A DNA stretch of 64,000 nucleotides from an uncultured Deinococcaceae bacterium (GTDB taxonomy: Bacteria; Deinococcota; Deinococci; Deinococcales; Deinococcaceae), in contig CAXULY010000021.1 of NCBI GenBank assembly GCA_964252075.1, positions 24,310 through 88,309 of the forward strand, given 5' to 3'. The number at the start of each line of letters is the position of its first letter. Within the stretch, counting starts at the first letter, position 1. The notes under the pieces are model-generated. The model was not told the DNA's origin. It did no database searches and saw only the letters and a list, made by a program, of their open reading frames with translations. The position numbers and the translations under genes were made by a program. Positions 21,019 through 30,517 of the stretch are shown in pieces.

Positions 21019-22701
21019 ATGACGTTACGCCCCGAAGACGCGCCGCAGCACGCGCAGCACCAGCTCGCCGGGTACCGGGCCGCGCGCCAATGCTACGACC
21101 ACGGGATGATGCGCCGCGGACGCGCCCTCGAAGCGATGGGGGACGCGCACGGCCACCTCCGGGACGCCGCGAACGCCCTGTCGCGCGGCGACGCGGGCGC
21201 GCACGACCACGCGCAGCGCCTCGCGCAGGCCGCGCACGACGCCGCGCACCGGCACAGCCCCGACGACCTCCGGCGCTACGGGGCGCTGCTGCGCGCGCAC
21301 CTCACACCCCCGGTCGCGAAGGCCGCACCCCCCGAGCGGGACTTCACGGTGGGCGGCATGACCAAGGAAGGCAGCCTGCTTCAGGTGTTCCAGCGCAGCG
21401 CGGTGTTCGCCAAAGCGCCGCCCGCCGAGCCCGCCCAACCCCTCACTCCGCACCCCAGCGCGGGCCTGCGCGTGCACGCGCCCGCCCCGCCGAACACCGG
21501 CATGGACGGGCACCTCAAGCCGCCCGGCGCGCCCCGCATGACGAAACTCCCCGGCGAGAGCGGCGAGCAGGCCATCAGCCGCCACGTGGGCGAGCACGCC
21601 GCGCACCTCGATCACCTGGAGAGCCAGTACGGCCTGCGCACCCCGCGCGGCCACGCGACCGTCATGATGGGCCTCCCGGGCAGCGGCAAGAGCCACTACC
21701 TCAAGGGCCACCACATGAGCCACGGCACGCACCTGCACGTGGACGTCGACGCCCTCAAGCACCTCGCGCCCGGCGAGCACGACTACACGTACCCCACGCA
21801 CTACCCGGAAGGGCACGCCAAGGCCGGGCAGGCGCACCCGCGCGCCGGGCAGCTCATCAGCCACTACGACGAGAGCAACCCCGTGCACGTCGCCGCCGCG
21901 CACCCCGTCAGCAAGCGCCTCGAAGAGCACCTCTTCAAGAGCGCCAGCGACCGCAAACTGCCCCTCGCGCTCGACACGACCGGCGGCAACCACAAGCGCT
22001 GGGGCCAGCGCATGCAGACGCTGCGCGAGAAGGGCTACCACCAGGTGAACCTCGCGAACGTCCGCGTCAGCCGGGAAACCAGCATGGCGCGCAACGCCGG
22101 GCGCAAACGCACGGTGCCGCAGAGCGTGATCGACGGGACGCTCGCCGAGCACGACCGGCACAGCCCCGGCAACCACGGCAAGACGCCCTTCGAGCACCTC
22201 AGCGCCCACGCGGACAAGGTGCACGTCGTGGACCACGAGAGCCCCGAAGGGCAGCGGGCGCGCGCCGCGAGCGGCTGGCATCAGTACCTCAGCGCCGAGA
22301 AGGGCGTCCGCAAAGCCCTGCAGGCGTACCACAGCGAAGGCATGGAGTTCGCGCACCGCGTGGTGGCCGACCACCACGCGGACCTCGCGCAGGAGCACCG
22401 CGGCAGCAGCGTCGGCCACGCGCACGGCTGCCTCGCGTGCGCGTACCACCACCTCGCGGCGGCGCACCAAGCGCACAGCCGCGCGCGGCGCGCGCACGAG
22501 GGCGGCGATCCGCACATGGGGCGCGTGCACGAGGACGACGCGCAGCACCACCTCGGCAAGGCCCTCAGCGCGGTGCGCACCAAAGACGCGGACACGCAGG
22601 CGGTCGTGGACCGCTACGCGCACCGCGTCACCGCGCACCACGACGCCCTCGCGCCGCACGTCGGCAAGGCCGCCGCGCGCGTAGAATCGGAGACGAAATG
22701 A
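21019..22701 (+). CDS. Zeta-toxin-like P-loop kinase with His-rich flanks
   Basis: MMGLPGSGKS Walker A, HVDVDALK, LDTTG, GYHQV and ARNAGRKRTVP motifs. Confidence 0.75.
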   Translation: MTLRPEDAPQHAQHQLAGYRAARQCYDHGMMRRGRALEAMGDAHGHLRDAANALSRGDAGAHDHAQRLAQAAHDAAHRHSPDDLRRYGALLRAHLTPPVAKAAPPERDFTVGGMTKEGSLLQVFQRSAVFAKAPPAEPAQPLTPHPSAGLRVHAPAPPNTGMDGHLKPPGAPRMTKLPGESGEQAISRHVGEHAAHLDHLESQYGLRTPRGHATVMMGLPGSGKSHYLKGHHMSHGTHLHVDVDALKHLAPGEHDYTYPTHYPEGHAKAGQAHPRAGQLISHYDESNPVHVAAAHPVSKRLEEHLFKSASDRKLPLALDTTGGNHKRWGQRMQTLREKGYHQVNLANVRVSRETSMARNAGRKRTVPQSVIDGTLAEHDRHSPGNHGKTPFEHLSAHADKVHVVDHESPEGQRARAASGWHQYLSAEKGVRKALQAYHSEGMEFAHRVVADHHADLAQEHRGSSVGHAHGCLACAYHHLAAAHQAHSRARRAHEGGDPHMGRVHEDDAQHHLGKALSAVRTKDADTQAVVDRYAHRVTAHHDALAPHVGKAAARVESETK

Positions 22702-22928
22702 CCTTCACCCCCGGCATGAAAGTCGCGCACCGCCTCCCGCACCGCCCGGACCTCCTGGCGCTCGGGAAGGTCGAACCGGACGGCCAGCACATCCGCTGGC
22801 ACGAGATCGTGGACAGCCACGGCACCGAAACGAACCGCCTCGGCCAGGGCGTCAGCAACGCCCGCCCAGTGCCGATCAAGGGCGACGAGCAGCCCTGCCC
22901 GCCGGAGTTCGAGCACCTCATCAAGTAA
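22698..22928 (+). CDS. Small hypothetical protein coupled to the Zeta-like gene
   Basis: ATGA overlap, SD GGAG, followed by terminator. Confidence 0.6.
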   Translation: MTFTPGMKVAHRLPHRPDLLALGKVEPDGQHIRWHEIVDSHGTETNRLGQGVSNARPVPIKGDEQPCPPEFEHLIK

Positions 22929-22939
22929 CGCCTGAAGCG

Positions 22940-22973
22940 AAGCGCCCCCGACCGCACGGTCGGGGGCGCTTTT
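22940..22973 (+). terminator. Intrinsic terminator
   Basis: AAGCGCCCCCGACCG/CGGTCGGGGGCGCTT + TT. Confidence 0.8.
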
Positions 22974-23012
22974 GCGTCCGGACCCCCCGCGCGCGGGCGC
23001 AGCGTCAGGCGC

Positions 23013-23927
23013 ATGAACGCCCAGCCCATCCCCCTGATCGTGGACCTCCCGCGCCCCCTCGCCAAGGCGGCGGTGGAGCAAGGACGCCGCTGCGTGTACT
23101 TCGAGGCGACGCGCGACAACGGCGGCGCCGACCGCGAAGGTGAGCAGGTCGCGGCGAGCGGCCTGTGGGCCAGCCGCGACCTGTTCCTCGCGCAGGGGAA
23201 CCTCGACATGGCGCACTGGTCGTGGCTCCCCAACCCCATCACGGGCCTGCCCGACACGGAGTACGTGGTGGGCCTCCCGGAGGACGTGCGGCGCACCAGC
23301 AGCGGCGGCGTCACGAGCATCTGGGTGAAAGGCGAAATCTTCCAGAAGGGCGTGCAGCCCGCGCCGGAGGAAAGCAACGCCGCGCGCGCCGAGCGCTTCT
23401 GGTACGCGATGGCGGTGCAGCAGCCCGCCATGCGGTACTTCCCGAGCGTGTACGGCCGCATCGCGCCCGGCGGCGTGGAACTCGTGCGCGTCGGTGGGCG
23501 CGACGTGCGCCGCATCACGAAGGTGGAGTGGCTCAGCGTGGGCTTCCACACGCGCGTGCAGCACCCGGACCTGCCCGCCGTCAGCACCAGCCCCATGGGG
23601 CCCCTCGCGAAGGCCGAGCAGGCGACCGTGGACCGCGTGGCGAGCAGCGGCGCGCTGCGCCTCACGTGGGGGAATTTCGCGAAGGCGTGCAGCGAGGTCG
23701 GGCAGATCGTCACAGACCACGCGCAGCTCAAGGGCGTGCAGGCGCTCACGAAAGAGAGCCTGGAATCGCGCGTGCGTGAACCGCTCGCCCGCACCACCGT
23801 GCTGCGCGCCCTCAAGGACGGCAAATTGCGCGCGCGGCACGCGGATCTCGCCAAAGCGTTCAGCGCCCTCTCGCACCCCGACCCGGACGGCGCGGCCCGC
23901 GACCTGCTGCGCGAGCTGAGCGCGTGA
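23013..23927 (+). CDS. Prohead protease
   Basis: EAT...DREGE, GNLDMAH and WVKGEIF motifs; position upstream of scaffold and capsid genes. Confidence 0.7.
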   Translation: MNAQPIPLIVDLPRPLAKAAVEQGRRCVYFEATRDNGGADREGEQVAASGLWASRDLFLAQGNLDMAHWSWLPNPITGLPDTEYVVGLPEDVRRTSSGGVTSIWVKGEIFQKGVQPAPEESNAARAERFWYAMAVQQPAMRYFPSVYGRIAPGGVELVRVGGRDVRRITKVEWLSVGFHTRVQHPDLPAVSTSPMGPLAKAEQATVDRVASSGALRLTWGNFAKACSEVGQIVTDHAQLKGVQALTKESLESRVREPLARTTVLRALKDGKLRARHADLAKAFSALSHPDPDGAARDLLRELSA

Positions 23928-23997
23928 CCCCACAGAAATCACGACCCCCCGCGCGGGGGTTCACGCTTCCGGCCATGAACACGCGAGGAGGTGTGAG

Positions 23998-24804
23998 ATG
24001 ACCAAGAAGACCGCAGTGGAGGCGCTGCTCGACCAGAGCATGCAAGCCCTCGAAGCGGCGATGGCGGGAGAGCTGGACACGCTCGCCAAAGCCGACCGGG
24101 GCAACCTGGACGAGGACTTCAAGGAATTCGATCAGGCGAGGCAGGCGAGCGACAACGCGAACGAAGCCGCCGGGGAAGACGGCATGGGCGGCCCCGACGA
24201 GGACGACCAGGACGGCACCCCGGACGACGGCGAGGACGACGAAACGCCCGACGACGAGGACACCACGCCGGAAAGCGGCGCGCCCGACGACGAGGACACC
24301 CAGGAAGGTGCCGGCGGGCAGAAGCCCGGCGCGCGACCGGTGTTCGGCAAGGCCGACCAGGGCGGCGAGGGGTTCGTGGACGCCGCGCCCGTGCTGGAAG
24401 CGCTCGATGGGCGCCTCGACCGGCTGGAGGGCCTGCTGACGCGCGTCGTGGAGGACAACGCCCAGCTCCGCCAGCAGAACGGCGCGCTCACGCAGCAGAA
24501 CGCCGTCCTCGCGAAGGCCATGCAGGCGGTGGGGCGCGGCACCGCGCAACTCATGCGCGTCGCGACCGGGAACCTCGAACAGCCCGCGCTCCCCAAGAGC
24601 AAACGCGTGGTGGTGCCCACGCAGACCGCCCCCACCACCGTCAGCCGCGACGCCGTGCTCGCCAAGGCGGAGCAGTTCCACCGCGACGGCAAGCTCGGAC
24701 TTCACGACGTGTCCCACATCGAGTACCTCGTGCAGGGACCCGGTGGCGTGGATGAGGCCTACCGCAACTACCCGCAACTCGCGGACGCCCAAGGAGGGCA
24801 GTGA
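23998..24804 (+). CDS. Probable scaffold protein
   Basis: Acidic low-complexity region + coiled coil; between protease and MCP; SD GAGGAGG. Confidence 0.65.
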   Translation: MTKKTAVEALLDQSMQALEAAMAGELDTLAKADRGNLDEDFKEFDQARQASDNANEAAGEDGMGGPDEDDQDGTPDDGEDDETPDDEDTTPESGAPDDEDTQEGAGGQKPGARPVFGKADQGGEGFVDAAPVLEALDGRLDRLEGLLTRVVEDNAQLRQQNGALTQQNAVLAKAMQAVGRGTAQLMRVATGNLEQPALPKSKRVVVPTQTAPTTVSRDAVLAKAEQFHRDGKLGLHDVSHIEYLVQGPGGVDEAYRNYPQLADAQGGQ

Positions 24805-26270
24805 TGTTTGAACTCGGAAGCGAAGTCCTCGGGGGCAGCCACAACGGCATCAGCACCTACGAGCAGTGGGAGGCCTTCAGCAAGGCCGTGCAGACCAGCA
24901 GCTACGAAACCGACCACGCCGAACTGACTGGCATGAGCGCCCTGCGCATCCAGTCCCTGGAGGCCACGCTGCGCAGCGTCGTCGCGAGCGACAACGACTT
25001 CACGTTCTTCAACCGCCTGAAGCGCGAGGCCGTCGTGAGCGCCGTGCACGAGTTCAACGTCCAGACCAGCCGCGGCGGTCAGGTGGACGGCATGAACATC
25101 GGTGAGCTCGGCGACGTGCAGTTCGACGTGGGCGACTACCAGCGCGTCATCAACCGCATCAAGCTGTTCGCGACGGGCGCGCAGGTCGGGCACTTCGCGA
25201 GCAGCCAGACCCTCACCGGCCCGCAGCTCATCAGCCGCGAGAACACCAACGCGGTCGTGCGCATCGCGAACGCCGTGGAGCGCGCCAGCTGGCACGCGAA
25301 CTCCGCGTACAGCCCCAACAAGATCGACGGGTTCTTCGCGCAGCTGGAGAACTTCCAGGGCGGCAAGTACATCATTGACCTGAAGGGCACCAGCGACATT
25401 GACGTGTTCCGCCAGGCGCTCTTCCAGGCGAACGCGGACGTGCGGCAGCCCGGCAGCTTCGGCAAGCTGACGGACTTCTACACCGACATGTACATGCAGA
25501 ACGACCTGGACAACCTGCTGTTCCCGCAGTTCCGCGTGCAGATGGACAGCAACCCCAACGCCCTCACGCTGGGCGCGCCCGTCTCGGGCATCAAGACCAG
25601 CTACGGGGTGCTGAAGGCGAACACCTCCATCTGGATGAACAACGCCGCGAACACCCAGCCGCAGGTCGTGCAGCTGCACGGCAAGGTGCCGGACAGCGTG
25701 CCCGCCAAGCCCACCCTGACGCTCGCCAGCGTGAACACCCCGGCGGGCGGCGCGGACGGCTGGACCAGCGCGCGCGCCGGCACCTTCTACGGCGCCATCG
25801 CGTACGTCGACGCGGACGGCCGCGAGGGCATCCCGAGCGACATCGTGAGCGCCACCGTCGCGGCGGGCAACGGCCTGTCGTGGTCCGGCGCGCGCGGCAC
25901 GGGCGGCGCCACGCCGACCGCCGCGCGCCTGTACCGCAGCATGCAGACGCCCGGCAGCGCCCCCACGCTCGCGGACCTGCGCCTCGTGTGCGAGGTGCCC
26001 GTCGCGCTGGACGGCACCTTCACGTACGTGGACGTCAACCAGAACATCCCCGGCAGCAGCCACGCGGCGGCCATGAACTTCGTGCCGGGCAGCATCCAGT
26101 GGCTCCAGATGCGCCCCATCACGCAGTTCCCGCTGTTCCCCACGGCGAAGCTCGTGAAGCCCTGGGCGGTCGTGCTGTACGGCGCGCTGCAGCTGGGCCT
26201 CCCGCAGCACCACCGCGGCTTCAAGGGCTACATCCCCAAGGACGCGCCCTGGCGCCCCTTCAAGAACTGA
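24801..26270 (+). CDS. Major capsid protein (SPO1/Twort-like type)
   Basis: N-terminal SKAVQT...ALRIQSLE pattern resembles the KS.QT...ALRRE.L start of Twort/K-type MCPs; C-terminal LYGALQL; strong codon bias. Confidence 0.85.
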   Translation: MMFELGSEVLGGSHNGISTYEQWEAFSKAVQTSSYETDHAELTGMSALRIQSLEATLRSVVASDNDFTFFNRLKREAVVSAVHEFNVQTSRGGQVDGMNIGELGDVQFDVGDYQRVINRIKLFATGAQVGHFASSQTLTGPQLISRENTNAVVRIANAVERASWHANSAYSPNKIDGFFAQLENFQGGKYIIDLKGTSDIDVFRQALFQANADVRQPGSFGKLTDFYTDMYMQNDLDNLLFPQFRVQMDSNPNALTLGAPVSGIKTSYGVLKANTSIWMNNAANTQPQVVQLHGKVPDSVPAKPTLTLASVNTPAGGADGWTSARAGTFYGAIAYVDADGREGIPSDIVSATVAAGNGLSWSGARGTGGATPTAARLYRSMQTPGSAPTLADLRLVCEVPVALDGTFTYVDVNQNIPGSSHAAAMNFVPGSIQWLQMRPITQFPLFPTAKLVKPWAVVLYGALQLGLPQHHRGFKGYIPKDAPWRPFKN

Positions 26271-26288
26271 GCCCCACCCGCTCCACCG

Positions 26289-26315
26289 CGCGCCCCCACG
26301 GGGGCGCGTTTTTTT
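26289..26315 (+). terminator. Intrinsic terminator after MCP
   Basis: CGCGCCCCC/GGGGGCGCG + T7. Confidence 0.85.
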
Positions 26316-26364
26316 GACCCCCCGCGAGGCGACTCAGGATGCGGGGCATGTCGAAAGGAGCACC

Positions 26365-27042
26365 ATGCAGATAATCAGTCGCCACAACGCCCACCGCCAG
26401 CAGCTGCACAGCGGGGAGCGCGTCGTCATCAACGGCATCGCGTTCATCGCGGGTCAGCGCGGCGAGCCGACCGCGTTCAACGTCACGGGCGCGCAGACGG
26501 AGCTGTTCCTCGGGGTGGACGGGTACGACTTCTACCACGACGACGGTTCGTACAGCGGCCCGAGCCTGAAGGAAGCGCCGCTGGCCGAGCCGACCGTCGA
26601 GACCGTCAGCGAGGCCGAAGCGCGCGCCGCGACCGCGAAGGCCGCCGATCAGGCGTACACCGAGGCGCAGATCATCGAGCAGATCCGCTCGGGCACCATG
26701 AGCCCCGCGGTGCGCGCGGCGCTGGAGGCGCACGTGCCGGTCATCACGACGAGCGCGCCCACCACGCCCAGCGGCCTGATCGTGCCGGCCGACGTGGTGA
26801 GCGCCGCGCCGAAAGCCGAGGTGCCCAGCGCGCCCGCCGCGCAGGCGGCCAGCCCGGCGGCTGAGCCTGCCGCGCCGTTCGATTACACCGACGAGGCCGC
26901 CGTGGGCGCGCTGTCCCGCACGGACCTCATCACGCTCGCGAAGGCGGACGGCCTCAGCACCGCCAACACCACCAGCAACGCCGACCTCGTGGCCTTCATC
27001 GTGAAGGCCGCGCAGGACAAGGCCGCGCAGCCCCAGCAGTAA
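26365..27042 (+). CDS. Virion-associated hypothetical protein (C-terminal small helical domain)
   Basis: SD AAGGAG before ATG 26365; Ala/Pro linker; position after MCP. Confidence 0.6.
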   Translation: MQIISRHNAHRQQLHSGERVVINGIAFIAGQRGEPTAFNVTGAQTELFLGVDGYDFYHDDGSYSGPSLKEAPLAEPTVETVSEAEARAATAKAADQAYTEAQIIEQIRSGTMSPAVRAALEAHVPVITTSAPTTPSGLIVPADVVSAAPKAEVPSAPAAQAASPAAEPAAPFDYTDEAAVGALSRTDLITLAKADGLSTANTTSNADLVAFIVKAAQDKAAQPQQ

Positions 27043-27082
27043 GCGCGCGCGACCCCCTGCCCCCGACCTCATGGTCGGGGGC

Positions 27083-27892
27083 ATGACTTTTGAACCCAGT
27101 GAACTGAAGGCGCTGTTCCTGCGGGACCTGCCGATGGTGGACGCCAAGGGGCGTCCCCTGGCGGACGCCGTGATCGCGCAGCGCATCCAGGCGACCGTCG
27201 CGGCGTTCGAGCGCAAGCACGCCGTGAGCCTCACGCGCGTCACGGTCCGCATGGGCAGCGCCGAGCTGCCGGGCGTGACGGTCCCGCCCGGCGCCCGGAT
27301 GTTCGACGCGCGCGATTACGACCCGCGCGGCTTCGAGGACGACCGCTGGGTGAGCCTGCGCCTGCCGCTCGGCCCGGTCCGCTCGGACGCGGACGTGCTG
27401 GCCGTGGGGCTCCGGCTGCCCGGGCAGTCGCAGGTGAGCGTGTGGAGCAAGGACTGGGTGCAGGTCTCCCCGCAGGACCGCCTCATCCGCATCTACCCGC
27501 AGGGGCGCTTCCTGAACTTCCAGCCGCTCCTCGCGACGAGCATCGGGCTGGGCCTGCTGGGTGGCACGCGCATCATTCCGGGCGCGTGGCAGGTGCTGTA
27601 CGTCGCCGGGTACAGCGACGCGGACCTCGCGGGCAAGGACGCGGACGTGCGAAACGCCGTCGGGATGCTCGCGGCGGTCAACGTGCTGGTGCCGGGCAGC
27701 ATCGATCAGTACCTCGCGGCGGGCGTCGCGGGCCTCAGCGCGAGCGTGGACGGCCTCAGCAACAGCACGCAGCTCATGCAGAACCCGAACGCCCTGAAGT
27801 ACGCCGCGCTCGCCGCGCAGTACGCGGACGCCGTGGCGGCGTGGGAGAAGACCTTCGAGGCGCGCAAGGGCGTGCTGTTCGGGGCGGTGTGA
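27083..27892 (+). CDS. Head-tail adaptor/neck protein
   Basis: Synteny; YVAGY and SASVDGLS motifs typical of myovirus neck proteins. Confidence 0.65.
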   Translation: MTFEPSELKALFLRDLPMVDAKGRPLADAVIAQRIQATVAAFERKHAVSLTRVTVRMGSAELPGVTVPPGARMFDARDYDPRGFEDDRWVSLRLPLGPVRSDADVLAVGLRLPGQSQVSVWSKDWVQVSPQDRLIRIYPQGRFLNFQPLLATSIGLGLLGGTRIIPGAWQVLYVAGYSDADLAGKDADVRNAVGMLAAVNVLVPGSIDQYLAAGVAGLSASVDGLSNSTQLMQNPNALKYAALAAQYADAVAAWEKTFEARKGVLFGAV

Positions 27893-27893
27893 C

Positions 27894-28823
27894 GTGACGG
27901 AACTCATTCAGGACGAACTGCGCGAGGCTCGCTTCAACGACCTGCTGAACGGGCACGTCAGCACCCGCATCGCGTACCTGCGCGCGGAGCCGTGCCCGAA
28001 CTGGAACTGGGAGCGCGGCGCGCCCGCGAGTCCCTGCCCGCTGTGCGGCGGCCTCGGGTACCTCTACACGAACCCCGTGACGCCCGCACTGCGCGAGGTG
28101 GAACTCACGCGCGCGCCGGACCCCAGCATGCCGGAGCGCGAACGCCTGCCCAGCATGGGTGAGGTGCTGGGCATCGTGGACGAGGACGGGCGCGCGTACC
28201 CGCCGGAGGGCGTCACGGTCCTGCCGGACGGCACGGTCCGCTGGGACGCCAGCGACCGCCCCGCCGACTACGCGCTCTACACGGTCACGCTCCGCACGCA
28301 GCTGGAGCTCCGCGCGGGTGTGCAGAACGTCATGGCGCGCAAGGAGTACCAGGCGCGCGGCGAGGTGGACGTGCTGGACCTCAGCATGACGATTCCGCGC
28401 CACCTGCCGGACGGCGTGACGCTCAACCCAGCGTGGGACGTGTGGGAGCAGGACCGCTTCATCCTGCTCGACCAGTGGCGCCGTTACGGGCAGACGCTGC
28501 GGCGCGGGTTCGCGGACGCCCTGACGTACCGCCACGTGCGCGACGTGCAGGTGAAAGCCTACGAGAACGGCGCGGCCGTGCCGTACCAAGAGGGTGATGC
28601 CTTCACGGTGGAGGACGGGAAGATCGTGTGGGCGCCGGGCGGCGGGCCGCCCAGGGGCACCAGTTACGCCGTGACGGCGCAGATGAACCCGGAGTACTAC
28701 GCGTTCCTGGCGCTCCCGCAGACGCGCCAGCAGGACGGCAAGCCGCTGCCGCGCCGCGTGCTGCTGCGCGGCATGGAGAAGCACCCGAACCTCAAGCCCA
28801 CCCTGCCGGTCCCGACGCGCTGA
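27894..28823 (+). CDS. Neck/head-closure protein with Zn-finger
   Basis: PCP...CPLCGGLGY motif; synteny. Confidence 0.6.
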   Translation: MTELIQDELREARFNDLLNGHVSTRIAYLRAEPCPNWNWERGAPASPCPLCGGLGYLYTNPVTPALREVELTRAPDPSMPERERLPSMGEVLGIVDEDGRAYPPEGVTVLPDGTVRWDASDRPADYALYTVTLRTQLELRAGVQNVMARKEYQARGEVDVLDLSMTIPRHLPDGVTLNPAWDVWEQDRFILLDQWRRYGQTLRRGFADALTYRHVRDVQVKAYENGAAVPYQEGDAFTVEDGKIVWAPGGGPPRGTSYAVTAQMNPEYYAFLALPQTRQQDGKPLPRRVLLRGMEKHPNLKPTLPVPTR

Positions 28824-29662
28824 TGCATTACCGGGTGGAGGTGGGGCTCGGCCTGACGGGCGCGCTGGAGGCGCTGCTGGCGGACAGCGTGGCGGACGCG
28901 CGCGCGCTCTTCCCGAATCAGGCGCGCGCCATTCAGGGCCTCGCGCAGCTCACGCAGCGCCGCTGGCTGGAGTACGCGTCGGGCGCCCGCCCGCTCGGCA
29001 CGGGCCAGCTGCACAGCGCGACGGGCGCTTACCTGTCCAGCATCAAGATCGAGGAGGAGGGCGCGCTGCGGTACGTGATCTACAGCGACGACCCGAAGGC
29101 GGCGTTCATCGAGGAGGGCTTCCCGAGCTTTGACCTGAAGAAGATGCTCGCCACGTCGCACAAGGCGCGCACCACGAAAGACGGGCGCAAGTACCTGGTG
29201 GTGCCGTTCCGGCACAAGATGCCGAGCGCGGGCGCGCTGGGCGTCGTGATGCCGCAGGAGGCGCAGCAGTGGTGGCTCGCGCAGGACCGCCGCTCCAGCG
29301 TCGTGACGGGCCATTACCGTGAGCGCAGCGTGCAGGACGGCGTGACGCCTGTGACGCGCAACACCTACCAGTGGGGCGACCGCATGACGCGCGCGGACGT
29401 GCAGGGCATGGGGTTGGAGCCGGACAGCGCGCTCGGGAGTCGCCTCGTCGGGATGGTGCGCTTCCAGCACAACGAGGACCGCGGCGGGAGCTACGTGACG
29501 TTCCGCGTGATGGTGGAGGGCGGCAAGGGCTGGCTGGTGCCCGCGCGGGCGGGGCAGTGGCCGGCGCGCGCGGCGTTCGAGTGGGCGCAGGGGCAGTACG
29601 AGGCCCTGATGCGGGTGGCGCTGGAGGAGGACGTGCGGCGCCTCGGTGGGACGGTCAGCTGA
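28823..29662 (+). CDS. Neck/tail-completion protein
   Basis: TGAY.SSI, EEG.PSFDLK and YLVVPFRH motifs; TGATG coupling. Confidence 0.6.
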   Translation: MHYRVEVGLGLTGALEALLADSVADARALFPNQARAIQGLAQLTQRRWLEYASGARPLGTGQLHSATGAYLSSIKIEEEGALRYVIYSDDPKAAFIEEGFPSFDLKKMLATSHKARTTKDGRKYLVVPFRHKMPSAGALGVVMPQEAQQWWLAQDRRSSVVTGHYRERSVQDGVTPVTRNTYQWGDRMTRADVQGMGLEPDSALGSRLVGMVRFQHNEDRGGSYVTFRVMVEGGKGWLVPARAGQWPARAAFEWAQGQYEALMRVALEEDVRRLGGTVS

Positions 29663-29723
29663 CAAGCTGACTTGAAAGTTTGCTGACTTACCTGTAATTT
29701 GTAAATTACAAGTGACAGAGAGG
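29662..29723 (+). promoter_or_regulatory. Sigma70-type early promoter with overlapping operator
   Basis: TTGAAA(29672)-N17-TAATTT(29695); palindrome TGTAATTT-GT-AAATTACA 29693-29710. Confidence 0.7.
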
Positions 29724-29729
29724 ACAGCC

Positions 29730-29978
29730 ATGTTGCACCACGAAATCACCCGCACCCACGTCGTCCGCCTCACCATCGCGGAGCGCCTCCGCGTGCTGCT
29801 CGGCGCGCACATCGCCGTGCGCTTCCACACCACCACCACCGTCTGCCAGGACGCCGCCGGGCACGTCATGTACCCGCGCGCCCTCACCAACAGCACCACA
29901 CAGGAGGTCTTCACGCCCACCCGCAACGACCGCCACTTCACCGGCCTGCTGGCCGACCAAAAGGAGCTGAAGTCATGA
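29730..29978 (+). CDS. Hypothetical protein
   Basis: SD GAGAGGA; first gene of early island. Confidence 0.55.
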   Translation: MLHHEITRTHVVRLTIAERLRVLLGAHIAVRFHTTTTVCQDAAGHVMYPRALTNSTTQEVFTPTRNDRHFTGLLADQKELKS

Positions 29979-30517
29979 TGAACGCCCCCCTGCCCCTCAA
30001 AGACCTCGCCCTGAAAGCCCTCGCGGACGCCGAACAGCAGGCCGCTGACGCCAAGCGCATCGTGGAGCAGCAGCGGGCCTTTATGGAGCCGACCTACCGC
30101 AACCGCCTGACCGACCGCCTCCTGCAAGAAGTCGTGAACACCCTGTACTTCGAGCCGGACATGAGCGCCGTGGGGTTCATTGAGCACGATCAGCGGTGGG
30201 AGCGCTTATCGCGCGCGTACGTCGAGGCGCAGCCCGGAGTGATCGTGCAGGTGAACGCCCTGACGCCGTACGTGCTTGCGGAGGGCATCCCTTTGTGCCT
30301 GTGGAACGGCGGGGACCCGGACATGGACAAGCTGAGGTTGTGCGCCCTCACGCTCAGCGAAGAGAGTCCGCGCGATGCGGAAGCCCTGGAGCTCACCGAC
30401 CTCCCCGCCCTGGGCCGCCTCATCCGCGACGGGGTGACGTGGGCTGACCCTTCGCGCCTCATCGTGACCGAGTTGGGCACCGGCTTGGGCTTCCTCACCC
30501 TGAAGGGCGAAGCGTGA
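29975..30517 (+). CDS. Hypothetical protein
   Basis: SD AAGGAG, overlap coupling. Confidence 0.6.
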   Translation: MMNAPLPLKDLALKALADAEQQAADAKRIVEQQRAFMEPTYRNRLTDRLLQEVVNTLYFEPDMSAVGFIEHDQRWERLSRAYVEAQPGVIVQVNALTPYVLAEGIPLCLWNGGDPDMDKLRLCALTLSEESPRDAEALELTDLPALGRLIRDGVTWADPSRLIVTELGTGLGFLTLKGEA

